Shown here one piece after another: positions 24,894-35,670 of a DNA stretch of 64,000 nucleotides (position 1 is its first letter; each line of letters begins with the position of its first letter). Made by a program: the position numbers and the translations under genes. Source of the DNA: an uncultured bacterium (GTDB lineage: Bacteria; Macinerneyibacteriota; Macinerneyibacteria; Macinerneyibacteriales; DSCS01); contig CAZNOX010000005.1 in the NCBI GenBank assembly GCA_964574875.1, positions 17,150 to 81,149 on the forward strand. Reading direction: 5' to 3'. The notes beneath the pieces were generated by a model. It was given only the letters and a program-made list of their open reading frames with translations, searched no databases and was not told where the DNA came from.

Positions 24894-25827
24894 TCTTATG
24901 GCCACTTATCACGAACCGGTCCTTCTTCAAGAAGTCCTTGCCGGCCTGAATGTTTTCAAAGACGGCTCCTATCTGGATCTCACCCTCGGGGGCGGGGGCC
25001 ATGCCGAAGCCATCCTGAAAAGGCTGGATCCGCAATCAGGAGTCCTGGCCGGAGCAGACCAGGATGACGAAGCCCTGGAGCACTCTGCGGAGAGGCTTGC
25101 CTCTTATCCCTCTTTTCACGCTTTTTACGGTAATTTCGGAGAACCCGCCCTGTGGGAGAAAGTGGAGTCTCTCTCTCCCTTTGACGGGATCCTTATGGAT
25201 CTTGGAGTCTCCTCTCATCAGCTTGATGAAGGGAAGCGGGGATTCTCTTTCTCAAAACCGGCTCTCCTTGATATGCGTATGGACAGAAACAGAGGCGGAT
25301 CGGCGTGGGAGGCCGTCAACCGTCTGCCGGAAAAGGAGCTGGCTGATATCATCTTTCAATTCGGAGAGGAGCGCCGTTCCCGGAGGATCGCAAAAGCCAT
25401 CTGTACGCATCGGCCGGTGGAGACCACCGTGGAGCTGGCGGAGATCATCCGTTCCTGTTTTCCCGCTGCCGAGCGGAGGGCCATGTCTGTGGATCCCGCA
25501 ACGCGGACCTTTCAGGGGATCAGGATCTATGTGAACAGGGAGCTTGAGCGCCTGGAGAGCGGATTGAAGATGGCTGCAGCCCACTTAAAGCCGGGCGGAC
25601 GTCTGGCGGTGATCTCCTATCACTCTCTGGAAGACAGGATCGTGAAAAATTTTATCCGGACGGAAAGCAGAGACTGCCTCTGTCCGAAAAATATCCCTGT
25701 CTGCGTCTGCGGACATCACGCTTCTCTGAAAGCTGTCAACAAAAAGATCATCGTTCCGGGTGAACAGGAGATGGCTGAAAACCCCAGGAGCCGGAGTGCG
25801 CGGATGAGGGTGGCGGAGCGGTTATGA
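24886..25827 (+). CDS. rsmH: 16S rRNA (cytosine1402-N4)-methyltransferase RsmH
   Basis: SAM-binding DLTLGGGGHAEAIL. Conserved position after mraZ. Confidence 0.9.
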   Translation: MIDLMATYHEPVLLQEVLAGLNVFKDGSYLDLTLGGGGHAEAILKRLDPQSGVLAGADQDDEALEHSAERLASYPSFHAFYGNFGEPALWEKVESLSPFDGILMDLGVSSHQLDEGKRGFSFSKPALLDMRMDRNRGGSAWEAVNRLPEKELADIIFQFGEERRSRRIAKAICTHRPVETTVELAEIIRSCFPAAERRAMSVDPATRTFQGIRIYVNRELERLESGLKMAAAHLKPGGRLAVISYHSLEDRIVKNFIRTESRDCLCPKNIPVCVCGHHASLKAVNKKIIVPGEQEMAENPRSRSARMRVAERL

Positions 25828-26084
25828 TACGCGCGCGGCGGATATTCATCTTTCTTCTTTTTCTCCTTGTCTGTGTTTTTCTCCTGGAAGCGGTGATGTA
25901 TGTGGAAAAGGAGAGGCTGAGGGCTGAGATCTACCGGCTGCGGGAAGATGTCATCGCGTTGAAGCTGAAAAACAGGGTTCTCAAAGCCGAAATCGAGGAG
26001 AGTCTGAGTATGGAGGCCGTTAAAAAATGGGCTCTCCGGAAAGGACTCACCGAAGCATGGAACGGAGAAGCCCGTGAGTTCTAA
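25824..26084 (+). CDS. Cell division protein FtsL-like (single TM plus coiled coil)
   Basis: 86 aa, TM (IFIFLLFLLVCVFLL) then coiled coil. Positional equivalent of ftsL. Confidence 0.6.
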   Translation: MIRARRIFIFLLFLLVCVFLLEAVMYVEKERLRAEIYRLREDVIALKLKNRVLKAEIEESLSMEAVKKWALRKGLTEAWNGEAREF

Positions 26085-27729
26085 AAAGGGAATCAGGTAC
26101 GGAAAGATCCTCTTTGCCCTGGCCTGTGCCGGCTATCTGGTGATCGCCATCCGCCTCATCAATATTCAGCTTTTCCGGGACAGCCGGTCTCTCGCGGTGA
26201 CAGCGGGACGGTACCAGAGGGTCGTGGACAATACCCTGGCCACGGAGCGGCGTTTTCAGCCTCTGAGAGGGAACATCTATTCAAGAAATGGCAATCTCAT
26301 GGCGACGACGCTCTACCATTACCGGATCTTTGCAGACGGGTCCCTCATCACTCCTGATGAGAAAAAAAAGGCCCTGGACCTCCTGGGGGATGTGGCCCAG
26401 GGTGATATGAAGAGGATCTCCCGAGAGATCGAGAGGCAGTCGCGTTATATCCCTGTGGCGCGCCGGGTGGATCCCGGGAGTGAGGAGATCGCCGCCCTGA
26501 ACAGCTGCAAGGGGGTCTATGTGCGTGAAGATGACGCCGTCCGGTTCTATCCCCTGGAGACACTGGGAGCCCAGATCCTGGGTTATGTCAACTATGCAGG
26601 GCAGTCCACCGGTGCGGAAAAAGCCTTTGACATGCTGCTGGGCGGAGTGGGCGTCACGGATATGAATGCCCTTCCTTCAGACGGTGCCGATGTCGTCCTC
26701 ACTGTGGACACCAATATTCAGTATTTTCTGGAAGAGGCCCTCAAATGGGGATACGAGCGGTATTCGCCTCTCTCTGTCTCCGGGGTGGTCCTGGATCCCG
26801 GGACCGGGGAGATCCTGGCCATGGGCAGCTATCCCTCCTTTGACCCCAACCGGTTTTACGATTATGCCGGAAGTGACAGGGTGATCAACAGGGCCATAGC
26901 CCACTCTTTTGAACCGGGATCCAGTTTCAAGATCGTGACATTGGCTGCCTCTCTTCAGGAAGAGACCGCCGGAGAAAAGAGCATCGTCGACTGCGAAGGA
27001 GGCGTCATCAACTACAAAGGGGAGTCCATCAGGGATACCCTGGTCAATAAGCGGCTCACTTTTTCAGAAGTCTTTCAGAGGTCAAGCAACGTCGGCGTGA
27101 TCAAGCTTGCCGACAAGCTGGGAAAAGAGAAACTCTATTATTATGCCAAGCTCTTCGGGTTTACCGAGAAAAAATCCCTGGAACTGCCCAATGAAGCCAT
27201 GTGCCGGATCAAAGATGTGGCGAACTGGGTCCCTGCGGAACTGGGGACCTTTTCCATCGGGTACGGGATGGCTGTGAATCTTCTTCGTCTCACGGCTGCA
27301 TACGCCGTCCCCGCTAACGGGGGGCTGCTTCCGGAACTTCATATCGTGAGCCGGGTGGACTATCCTGAAGGGCCGTCCTACCACGTAAAGCCTGTGGTGA
27401 TCCGCAGGGTCCTGGATAAGAAGACCGCGTCCCGTGTCCGTGATGTCCTCCGTGATGTGGTGGAAAAAGGGCTCAATGACAAAGCTTCCCCCCGGGGTAT
27501 CCCTGTGGCGGGAAAGACCGGCACAGCCACAAAATACGACACATCACGGAACCGTTACGATAGGAGCCGGGTCGTGGGGACATTTATCGGATTTTTCCCC
27601 GCTGATGATCCCCGGTATGTCATCGGGATCATGGTGGATGAACCGCGGAACGGCGGATATGCTTCGCAATTCGCAGTCCCGGTCTTTAAAAAAGCCGCTG
27701 AGGAAGTGGCGCGCTACGGAGGCCTATGA
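26074..27729 (+). CDS. ftsI: Peptidoglycan D,D-transpeptidase (FtsI/PBP class B)
   Basis: SXXK (SSFKIV), SXN, KTG(T) (AGKTGTA) motifs. N-terminal TM anchor. Confidence 0.85.
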   Translation: MSSKKGIRYGKILFALACAGYLVIAIRLINIQLFRDSRSLAVTAGRYQRVVDNTLATERRFQPLRGNIYSRNGNLMATTLYHYRIFADGSLITPDEKKKALDLLGDVAQGDMKRISREIERQSRYIPVARRVDPGSEEIAALNSCKGVYVREDDAVRFYPLETLGAQILGYVNYAGQSTGAEKAFDMLLGGVGVTDMNALPSDGADVVLTVDTNIQYFLEEALKWGYERYSPLSVSGVVLDPGTGEILAMGSYPSFDPNRFYDYAGSDRVINRAIAHSFEPGSSFKIVTLAASLQEETAGEKSIVDCEGGVINYKGESIRDTLVNKRLTFSEVFQRSSNVGVIKLADKLGKEKLYYYAKLFGFTEKKSLELPNEAMCRIKDVANWVPAELGTFSIGYGMAVNLLRLTAAYAVPANGGLLPELHIVSRVDYPEGPSYHVKPVVIRRVLDKKTASRVRDVLRDVVEKGLNDKASPRGIPVAGKTGTATKYDTSRNRYDRSRVVGTFIGFFPADDPRYVIGIMVDEPRNGGYASQFAVPVFKKAAEEVARYGGL

Positions 27730-29072
27730 CCACACGTCTCATTGACTACTCCATGATCTACCACATCGACCGTATCGGCCGCTGGGATGCCTATCCTTCC
27801 TTTCACGGAGCTGTCCTTGACTCCAGGAAAGTCTTTCCGGGCGCTCTTTTTATCGCCCGAAAAGGAGACCATTCGGACGGGAACCGGTTTATCAATGATG
27901 CCGCGGCTCAGGGGGCGGCGTTTGTCGTCGCCGAAAACGGAGCCTATGTGGATAAAAAGATCGGTATCCCTGTGCTCATCACCGATGCCCCGGTGCGTAC
28001 GCTCCTTGACCTTGTGGCGGCCATACGGGCTCTCACCGCCCATCAGCGCATTGTCGCCGTAACCGGTTCTTTCGGAAAGACGACCACCAAAGACTTTATC
28101 CATGCCGCTCTCCAGCCTGTCTATGAGACAGGGAAGACGCAGGGGAATCTCAATACCGAGTGGGGTGTCCCCCTGACCTATTTCAATAATTTCGGAAAAG
28201 AGGTCGTCGTCGTGGAGCTGGGAATGGACCATTTCGGAGACATCGGGATCCTGGCGCGGGCCCTGAAGCCTGATATCGGCGTGATCACAGGGATCAGTCC
28301 CGTCCATTTGGAATATCTTCATACCATGGACCGTGTCTATGAGGGCAAGGTCCAGCTGTTTGAGATGATGGATCACAAAGCTGTCAAGCTCATCTGCGGA
28401 GACGATCCTGTGCTGAGAAGGGCAGAGGGGACATTTCAACGCGTGCTCACCTACGGAAAAGGAGACGGGTGCGACTACAGGATCGGCCATGTGGCCGCAG
28501 AAAAGGGGACGGTGGATTTCGATGTGAACGGAGAGCCGTACAGCATCCCGTCATGGTCCATGAACTATGCAGTCAACGCCGCTGCTGCTGTGGCGGTGGG
28601 GCTTGTCATGGGAGCATCCCCGGGCCAGGTCAGGGAGGGGCTGAAGGAGTGCACCATGACTCCGGGCCGGTTCACCCTCTGGGAAGAGGGCGGGAAGACC
28701 ATTATCGACGATACATACAATTCATCCCCTGCAACACTGAAAGCCGTTCTTGACGAGGTCTCACAGCGCTTTGCCCCGCGCAGGAAACTCTTCTGCCTGG
28801 GGGACATGCTGGAGCTCGGGCCGGAGAGCCGCAGGTACCACCGGGACGTCCTGGAATTATGCCGCGGACTCCCGCTTTCCAGCGCTCTTCTCCTGGGGCC
28901 GGAGTTTTACGCCCTGAAAGAAGAGTTTCCGCAGTTTGCGTTTTATCAGGACCGCGGTGAATACAGACATCATCTTTCCGAGATCAAAGACGACTTCACC
29001 CTTCTGCTTTTCAAGGGCTCCAGGGGGATGCACATGGAGGAGTTTATCACCGCTGTCAGGGAGGAGAAGTAA
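27726..29072 (+). CDS. murF: UDP-N-acetylmuramoyl-tripeptide--D-alanyl-D-alanine ligase MurF
   Basis: Mur ligase P-loop (GSFGKTTTKD), MurF-type motifs (IIDDTYNSSPATL, CLGDMLELG). No DNPR motif, so not MurE. Confidence 0.75.
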   Translation: MTTRLIDYSMIYHIDRIGRWDAYPSFHGAVLDSRKVFPGALFIARKGDHSDGNRFINDAAAQGAAFVVAENGAYVDKKIGIPVLITDAPVRTLLDLVAAIRALTAHQRIVAVTGSFGKTTTKDFIHAALQPVYETGKTQGNLNTEWGVPLTYFNNFGKEVVVVELGMDHFGDIGILARALKPDIGVITGISPVHLEYLHTMDRVYEGKVQLFEMMDHKAVKLICGDDPVLRRAEGTFQRVLTYGKGDGCDYRIGHVAAEKGTVDFDVNGEPYSIPSWSMNYAVNAAAAVAVGLVMGASPGQVREGLKECTMTPGRFTLWEEGGKTIIDDTYNSSPATLKAVLDEVSQRFAPRRKLFCLGDMLELGPESRRYHRDVLELCRGLPLSSALLLGPEFYALKEEFPQFAFYQDRGEYRHHLSEIKDDFTLLLFKGSRGMHMEEFITAVREEK

Positions 29073-30157
29073 TGCTCTACTATATTTTTGTCCCTCTCAT
29101 CAAGTATTTCGCCGGATTCAATGTCTTCCGGTACATCACGTTCCGGTCCGCCTATGCCCTCATCACAGCTCTGGTGATCAGTTTTATCTTCGGGCCTCTC
29201 ACCATCCGGTTTTTAAAGAAGATCAACTTTTCGCATATCAGGGAGTATGTCCCCGATTCCCACCAGAAAAAAGCCGGGACGCCCAGTATGGGAGGAGTCC
29301 TTATCCTGATCTCCATCGTGATCTCCACCCTCCTGTGGGCTGATATCAAAAACGAATATGTTTTGATCGCCCTGGCCACGGTCCTCTGGCTCGGGGGGCT
29401 GGGTTTTCTGGATGACTACCTGAAGATCACGAAAAAGAACCCCGAAGGGGTCATCGCCCGATACAAACTGATCATTCAGGGGACTCTCGGACTGGGCGTG
29501 GGCGCTCTGCTCTATTTTTTCCCCCAGGATGCCGCCCTGAGAGGGTCCATCGCCGTTCCTTTTATGAAAGATGTCTTTTGGGACCTGGGGATGTTCTACA
29601 TCCCCTTTGTCATGCTGGTGATCATGGCCACATCCAATGCCGTGAACCTGACTGACGGTCTGGACGGCCTGGCCATCGGGAATGTGGGCCTGGCGATCTC
29701 AGCCTTTGCCCTTATCGCCTATGTCACCGGGCATATCCAGTTTGCCGACTATCTCAATATTCCCTTTCTTCCGGGGACAGGGGAGTTGACTGTCTTTGCC
29801 ATGGCCATCGTGGGAGCGGCTCTGGGGTTTCTCTGGTTCAACTCCTACCCGGCCTCGGTCTTTATGGGAGATGTGGGGTCTCTGCCCCTGGGAGGAGCCC
29901 TGGCCATTATCGCGATCCTTATCAAAAGAGAGATCCTCATCGTGATCGTAGGAGGGGTCTTTGTCATGGAAGCCCTTTCAGTCCTGCTCCAGGTCGCTTT
30001 CTTCAAAACAACAAAGGGAAAACGCCTTTTTTTAAGGGCTCCCATCCATCACCATTTTGAACTGCTGGGGTGGAGTGAGACAAAAGTGACTGTGCGTTTC
30101 TGGATCATGGGGATCATGCTGGCGTTACTGGGATTGAGTACGTTGAAACTGCAATAG
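29072..30157 (+). CDS. mraY: Phospho-N-acetylmuramoyl-pentapeptide transferase MraY
   Basis: Polytopic membrane protein with MraY motifs (NAVNLTDGLDGLA, VFMGDVGSL). Confidence 0.9.
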   Translation: MLYYIFVPLIKYFAGFNVFRYITFRSAYALITALVISFIFGPLTIRFLKKINFSHIREYVPDSHQKKAGTPSMGGVLILISIVISTLLWADIKNEYVLIALATVLWLGGLGFLDDYLKITKKNPEGVIARYKLIIQGTLGLGVGALLYFFPQDAALRGSIAVPFMKDVFWDLGMFYIPFVMLVIMATSNAVNLTDGLDGLAIGNVGLAISAFALIAYVTGHIQFADYLNIPFLPGTGELTVFAMAIVGAALGFLWFNSYPASVFMGDVGSLPLGGALAIIAILIKREILIVIVGGVFVMEALSVLLQVAFFKTTKGKRLFLRAPIHHHFELLGWSETKVTVRFWIMGIMLALLGLSTLKLQ

Positions 30158-30160
30158 GAG

Positions 30161-31534
30161 ATGATGAGAATGTCCCGTGAAGGTATCCTGATAATCGGAT
30201 GCGGCATCAGCGGCCTGGCGGCGGCCAGGCTGGCTCTCAGAAAGGGCCGGAAGCCTTATGTGACCGAAAGGCAGCGGACTCCGGCGCTTGAGAGCCGTCT
30301 GCAGGAGCTGGAGAGGCTGGGGATCCCTTACGAGACTGAAAACACAGACCGTTTTTTCCATTGCTGCAGCCTGGCTGTCCTTTCGCCGGGGATCGACCCC
30401 GGGATTCCTTTTGTCAGAAAGGTCAGGGAGAAGATGCCTCTTGTGGGAGAGCTGGAGTTCGCCTTTCAGTCTCTTTCCCCGGATAAGAGGCTCATCGCAG
30501 TCACCGGGACCAACGGGAAATCGACGACTGTGAGCCTGATCAGGCACCTTCTGGAGGGGCAGGGGCATTCGGCTGCTGCTGTGGGGAATATCGGCCAGGC
30601 CTTATCGGATTATACAGACTCCCCTCATACTTTTCTTGTCTGTGAAGTCTCCTCGTACCAGCTGGAGACCATCGAGACATTTCAGCCGGAAACGGCTGTG
30701 ATCACCAATATTACTCCGGACCATCTGGATCGGTACGGCGGTTCGTTCGACACCTATTTTCAGACGAAACTCAGGATATGGGAAAACATGGGGAGAGAGA
30801 GCCGTCTGGTGATCAACGGCGACGATCCCAGGCTTGAAAAGGCGACGCGCGGCTTTGCCGGGGGACGCTATCTTTTTTCCGCGCGGACAAACCTTCGGCA
30901 GGGGGCCTTTGTGGACAAAGGCTGTCTCTCTTTCACCGAAGATGGCCATGCATTGGAAAGGATCGCCCCGGTTAATGAGCTGACCCTGCCGGGAGCTCAT
31001 AACCTGGAAAATGCCCTGGCTGCAGTAGCGGCTGTCCACCCTGTTGTCACATCCCTCTCCCGCCTGTCACAGGACCTCTGCGGCTTTCAGGGGATCGAAC
31101 ACCGCCTTGAGCCGGTCTGTGAGATCAGGGGGGTCCGGTTTGTCAATGATTCCAAAGGGACGAATGTGGATTCGACCGAAAAGGCTCTTTCAGCCTTTCC
31201 CGGCCGGAAGATCGTTCTGATCCTCGGGGGAGATGATGCCAAAAAAAGCGACTTTTCCCCGCTTCTTCCTCTGTTGAAAAGAGAATGCCGTTCTGTGGTC
31301 CTCCTGGGAGAGACCACGGGGCGTCTCAAAGAGCTCATGGAAAAAGCGAAACTCTCTTACAGGATCGCCGGCACCATGGGGGATGCCGTTCGCCTGGGTT
31401 ACGGAGAGGCTCAGAAGGGGGATGTCGTCCTCCTCTCGCCTGCCGCGGCCAGCTTTGACATGTACGCGAACTTTGAAGAGCGTGGACGCCATTTTAAAGA
31501 CGAGGTCCTGGCTCTTGAAAAGGAGACAAAATGA
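30161..31534 (+). CDS. murD: UDP-N-acetylmuramoylalanine--D-glutamate ligase MurD
   Basis: Rossmann N-terminus GCGISG, P-loop GTNGKSTT, DNPR-less MurD pattern, correct cluster position. Confidence 0.85.
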   Translation: MMRMSREGILIIGCGISGLAAARLALRKGRKPYVTERQRTPALESRLQELERLGIPYETENTDRFFHCCSLAVLSPGIDPGIPFVRKVREKMPLVGELEFAFQSLSPDKRLIAVTGTNGKSTTVSLIRHLLEGQGHSAAAVGNIGQALSDYTDSPHTFLVCEVSSYQLETIETFQPETAVITNITPDHLDRYGGSFDTYFQTKLRIWENMGRESRLVINGDDPRLEKATRGFAGGRYLFSARTNLRQGAFVDKGCLSFTEDGHALERIAPVNELTLPGAHNLENALAAVAAVHPVVTSLSRLSQDLCGFQGIEHRLEPVCEIRGVRFVNDSKGTNVDSTEKALSAFPGRKIVLILGGDDAKKSDFSPLLPLLKRECRSVVLLGETTGRLKELMEKAKLSYRIAGTMGDAVRLGYGEAQKGDVVLLSPAAASFDMYANFEERGRHFKDEVLALEKETK

Positions 31535-32646
31535 AAAAGCCGCGCCCCGTGGTCATGGATATGAAGATCATTATCCTGGCCTTCTGCGCTTTTTCTGTCC
31601 TGGCCATGTGGACAGCCAGTGTCTCCCCGGCCATGCGATATACGGGAGACCCTCTTTTCTACTTTAAAAGACATCTCCTGGCTGTACTGGCCGGCCTTCT
31701 CTTCTATGCCCTGGCGTCACGGGTGGTGCTCAAGCGTCTGCTTCCCGTGGCCCCCTGGCTTCACATCCTCTCTCTCCTCTTACTCATTGCCGTTTTCCTG
31801 CCCCATGTGGGCGTTGAGATAAACGGGGCCCGCCGATGGATCGAACTGGGATTTTTACGGTTCCAGCCTTCGGAAGGGGCCAAGTTAACGCTGATCCTCT
31901 ATCTGACCGCTTCGTTCCACAAGGAAGCAGGAGGATACAGGAGGCCCGGACAATCAACCTCGCTGAAAAAGTATCCGCTGCTCATCACAGCGGCCACAGC
32001 ACTCCTCATCTTCACGGGGAATGATTTTTCCACATCTGTGCTGGTTCTCGCCCTCTACGGAGTCGTCTTCTTTGTATCGGGACGGAACCCCAAGGCCATA
32101 TTGTTCTGGGCCTCCTCAGCTTTCGTGACAGGCCTTCTCATCCTCATGAGGGGAGGAGGCTTCAGAAGCGGACGTGTGGCATCATGGCTGGAATATCTCT
32201 TTCACGGAGGGCCTCCGGCCTACCAGCTGCGTCATTCCATCGCCGCTTTCCAGATGGGAGGCTATTTCGGCCGCGGCTTCGGTTCGGGAGCTTACAAAAA
32301 CCTCCTTCCCGAGGCCCATACCGACTTTATCTTTTCAGTCATCGGAGAAGAGATGGGGTTTATCTTCATTCTGGGGATCATTGCCCTTTATCTTCTTCTC
32401 TTTTACAAGTTCATCCGTCTATCGGAAGAGTCCAAATATGATTATGAGCGCTACTTCCTTCTGATGACAGGGTCTCTCTTCGCATTCCAGTCCGTGATCA
32501 ATATGGGGGTGACCGTGGGCCTCTTCCCGGTCACAGGGATGACGCTGCCTCTTATCAGCTACGGAAGGACCTCTTTTCTTGTCTTCATGACACTGCTGGG
32601 ACTGGCCAGGAGTATTGAAAAAGATATTGCCAGGAGGATGTCATGA
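31531..32646 (+). CDS. ftsW: Peptidoglycan glycosyltransferase FtsW (SEDS family)
   Basis: About 10 TM helices, SEDS motifs (GARRWIELGFLRFQPSE, PEAHTDFIFSVIGEEMG). Confidence 0.85.
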   Translation: MKKPRPVVMDMKIIILAFCAFSVLAMWTASVSPAMRYTGDPLFYFKRHLLAVLAGLLFYALASRVVLKRLLPVAPWLHILSLLLLIAVFLPHVGVEINGARRWIELGFLRFQPSEGAKLTLILYLTASFHKEAGGYRRPGQSTSLKKYPLLITAATALLIFTGNDFSTSVLVLALYGVVFFVSGRNPKAILFWASSAFVTGLLILMRGGGFRSGRVASWLEYLFHGGPPAYQLRHSIAAFQMGGYFGRGFGSGAYKNLLPEAHTDFIFSVIGEEMGFIFILGIIALYLLLFYKFIRLSEESKYDYERYFLLMTGSLFAFQSVINMGVTVGLFPVTGMTLPLISYGRTSFLVFMTLLGLARSIEKDIARRMS

Positions 32647-33653
32647 ACGTGCTCATGGCAGCCGGAGGGACCGGAGGGCACATCTATCCTGCTTTGGCGC
32701 TTGGCCGGTTTCTGGCAGACAGCGGCCATCGGGTCCGGTTTGCAGGGACCTGTCACCGCATGGAACAGGCTCTTTTTGAACGTGAGGGTGTCGCCTACCG
32801 CGGATTCGGAATCTACCGGATGGGGGAGGATATGATCCGGTTTCTGAAAAATCCCGTGACTCTTCTCTCCATCAGCGCCTGGATCCGCAGAGAAGCTTTC
32901 GATTGTGTGATCTGTGCCGGGGGTTATGTGAGTTTCTATTTCGGAATGGCTGCGGCTTTCCAGCGAAAACCCCTGTATCTGCTGGAGCAGAATGTCATCC
33001 CCGGACGGGTCACGCGTTTTATGGCGCCTCTGGCGAAAAGGGTCTTTGTCTCGTTCCCCGAAAGCCTCTCTTTCTTCGCCTCTGAAAAGGCGCTGTGGAC
33101 AGGGAATCCCGTCCGGAGGGCTCTCCTGGAGACTGTTCCCCGGGGGAACAGCCTGGCTGTCCTGGGAGGAAGCCTGGGGTCCAGAAGAGTGAATGAAGCC
33201 CTGATCCGCCTGGAGCAGTCGGGATTTTTGAAAAGATTGGGCTGTCCCGTTCTGTGGATCACCGGAGAGCGTGACTTCGGGATAGTCTCGACGGCTGTGA
33301 AGGAACGCCCCGGACTCCGTATTTTCGCCTACTGCCACAATATGGAAGAGATCTTTGCCGAGACGGCTCTCGCTGTTTCACGCGCCGGGGCCACGGCCCT
33401 GGCGGAGCTGGACGTCCTTGGGATCCCGGGGATCCTTGTCCCTTATCCCTATGCTAAAGATGACCACCAGAAAGCCAACGCCCGGGCCATGGAAAAGAGG
33501 GGCGGGTATCTCATGGTGGAGGAGGGAGACGGCTTCGAAAAGCGCCTGGAAGAGGCGATACTCTCCATGCATAAGGCCAAAAAAACAGGGGGCGGAGAAC
33601 CCCGAAAGAAGACAAAGAGTGCAGTCGAACTCATTGCGGAGGCGATATCATGA
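32643..33653 (+). CDS. murG: UDP-GlcNAc:lipid I GlcNAc transferase MurG
   Basis: N-terminal GGTGGHIYPALAL, GT28 C-terminal domain. Confidence 0.9.
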   Translation: MNVLMAAGGTGGHIYPALALGRFLADSGHRVRFAGTCHRMEQALFEREGVAYRGFGIYRMGEDMIRFLKNPVTLLSISAWIRREAFDCVICAGGYVSFYFGMAAAFQRKPLYLLEQNVIPGRVTRFMAPLAKRVFVSFPESLSFFASEKALWTGNPVRRALLETVPRGNSLAVLGGSLGSRRVNEALIRLEQSGFLKRLGCPVLWITGERDFGIVSTAVKERPGLRIFAYCHNMEEIFAETALAVSRAGATALAELDVLGIPGILVPYPYAKDDHQKANARAMEKRGGYLMVEEGDGFEKRLEEAILSMHKAKKTGGGEPRKKTKSAVELIAEAIS

Positions 33654-34978
33654 TGATCCATTTCATCGGGATCGGCGGAATCGGCATGAGTGCATTGGCG
33701 GAGATCTGTCTGGAAAGAGGTGACACGGTTTCCGGATCCGATGTCAAAGAAAACGAGAGGACCCGCGCGCTGGCCCTGCGGGGGGCATCTGTTTCCCTGG
33801 GACACCGCGGTGAGAATATTCCCGCCGGCTGCCGGAAGGTCGTCTACACAAGCGCTGTGGGCCCGGAGAACCCCGAATGGGATGCGGCTGTGAAAAGAGG
33901 GCTTCCCCTTGTCTCACGAGGCGCTTTTCTTGCAGGCCTCTTTGAGGAGAAAGAAGCCTACGGCGTGGTGGGCAGCCACGGGAAGACCACGACGGCTTCA
34001 CTGGCCGCTTCGGCTCTCATGGCCCTGGAGGGAGAGAAAGCCTCTTATTATATCGGCGGAGTCCTTTCTCAGACAGGCCTGAACGGATTTTGGGGAGAAG
34101 GAAAGCTGGCTTCAGTGGAGCTGGATGAAAGTGACGGGTCTTTTCTCTTTTTTAAAAAGGGGGCCGCGGCTCTCATCACAAATATCGAACTGGAGCATGT
34201 GGACCATTATCATGATGAAGAGGCCTACAACGAAGCCTTTGCTCGTTTCATCCGCAACTTTCAGGGCCCCGTTTTTGCGGGGGAAGAGGCTGCTGCGAAA
34301 CTGGGCCTGGCAGAGGACAGCCTTGTCACTGTGGGGTTGAAAAGGGGCCGGATCCGTCCCGAGGAGTGGGGACTGGATTATTTTAAAACCGGGAGCGGGA
34401 CCTGCCGCCTGAAAAAGAGAGGCGCTCATAATGTCTTCGATGCCTTTCTGGCCTATACGGCTCTCACAGAGACCGGATGTGATCCCGGCGGAGTCCTCCG
34501 GGGCCTGGAACTCTATGAAGGAACAGCCCGCAGGATGGAACTCATCGTCCGGAAGAACGGAATCGCCCTTTATGATGATTACGGCCATCATCCCACGGAG
34601 ATCCAGGCCGTTCTCATGGGAGAGGCGTTCAGCGGACCGCTGATGATCCTTTTTCAACCTCACCGGTACAGCCGCTTCAGGATCTTTTACCGGCGCTTCC
34701 TGGACATCCTTGCAGCGCGGGGAGATTATATTGTGGTCCTTCCGGTGTATGGAGCCTCAGAGAAGAAGTCAGAGGGCCCTGACGGAAAAGATTTCGTCAG
34801 AGAGCTCGCGTCCATGAGGAGCGGAGTCTTTTATGCCGGAGGGCTCGATGAGGCCTATCATCTTATGCGCTCTCTTCTCTCTTCTCCCATGACCGTGGTC
34901 TCTTTCGGGGCCGGAGACGGGAACCAGGCTGTCAAAAGGCTGGCCCGTGATATCGAGGAGGGGTCATGGCCTATGTGA
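33650..34978 (+). CDS. murC: UDP-N-acetylmuramate--L-alanine ligase MurC
   Basis: IGIGGIGMSALA N-terminus, P-loop GSHGKTTT, cluster position. Confidence 0.9.
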   Translation: MMIHFIGIGGIGMSALAEICLERGDTVSGSDVKENERTRALALRGASVSLGHRGENIPAGCRKVVYTSAVGPENPEWDAAVKRGLPLVSRGAFLAGLFEEKEAYGVVGSHGKTTTASLAASALMALEGEKASYYIGGVLSQTGLNGFWGEGKLASVELDESDGSFLFFKKGAAALITNIELEHVDHYHDEEAYNEAFARFIRNFQGPVFAGEEAAAKLGLAEDSLVTVGLKRGRIRPEEWGLDYFKTGSGTCRLKKRGAHNVFDAFLAYTALTETGCDPGGVLRGLELYEGTARRMELIVRKNGIALYDDYGHHPTEIQAVLMGEAFSGPLMILFQPHRYSRFRIFYRRFLDILAARGDYIVVLPVYGASEKKSEGPDGKDFVRELASMRSGVFYAGGLDEAYHLMRSLLSSPMTVVSFGAGDGNQAVKRLARDIEEGSWPM

Positions 34979-35670
34979 CGAGAAAGAAAAAAAAGGCACG
35001 GGCCGCCCGGATGGTCAAGACACTGTTCTGGGGAGTCTTTCTGGCCGGACTCGTCTACGCGGGGACAGCTCTCCTGGGATCCTGGAGTGCTCTTACCGTG
35101 AGAGAAGTGGTCGTCAAAGGGCTCACACGGCGTCCTCTTCCCCCCGGGATCAGCGATCTCAAGGGTGTCAACCTTTTCAAAGTCGATGCCGGGATGATCC
35201 GAAAGACCCTTCTGGATCATCAGGATATCAAAGAGGTCCGTGTGAGAAAAGCCTACCCCGACCGGATCATGGTCACTGTCCTTGAACGGAAGCCTCTGGG
35301 GATGGTGAAGGTGGGGAAAGAGTGGATGTGCGTGGACGGCGACAGCGTGGTGTTCCCTGCGACCGGCAGAGACCAGGTCCCTGTGATCAGAGGAGAGGCC
35401 TCTCTCAAGGCAGGATTGAGGCTCCTTGAGGAGATGGGGGAGAACGGGGCGTTTACCGTGACGGCGCTCTCCTGCACGGCCCCTTATGAAGTCGTGGCCT
35501 CGATCACCGATAAGAAGGGGCGGGACCTGGAGTGCAACTTCGGTAAAGAGGCGTTCGGTGAAAAAGTAAAGGCCCTGGCGGCATTCGTCATAAAGGACAA
35601 CAGCAAGATACATGATGTTGATTTACGGTTCATACCCTATGTGGTGGTAAGAAATGGCGGAGGTGACTGA
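34966..35670 (+). CDS. ftsQ: Cell division protein FtsQ/DivIB (POTRA)
   Basis: N-terminal TM, POTRA-like segment, placed between murC and ftsA. Confidence 0.7.
   Translation: MAYVTRKKKKARAARMVKTLFWGVFLAGLVYAGTALLGSWSALTVREVVVKGLTRRPLPPGISDLKGVNLFKVDAGMIRKTLLDHQDIKEVRVRKAYPDRIMVTVLERKPLGMVKVGKEWMCVDGDSVVFPATGRDQVPVIRGEASLKAGLRLLEEMGENGAFTVTALSCTAPYEVVASITDKKGRDLECNFGKEAFGEKVKALAAFVIKDNSKIHDVDLRFIPYVVVRNGGGD

Noticed and set aside
27726-29072. Possibility that the ligase after ftsI is MurE (the usual occupant of this position)
   Set aside because: The sequence carries MurF-type motifs (IIDDTYNSSP, LGDMLELG) and no DNPR motif. Called MurF, with murE presumed elsewhere.
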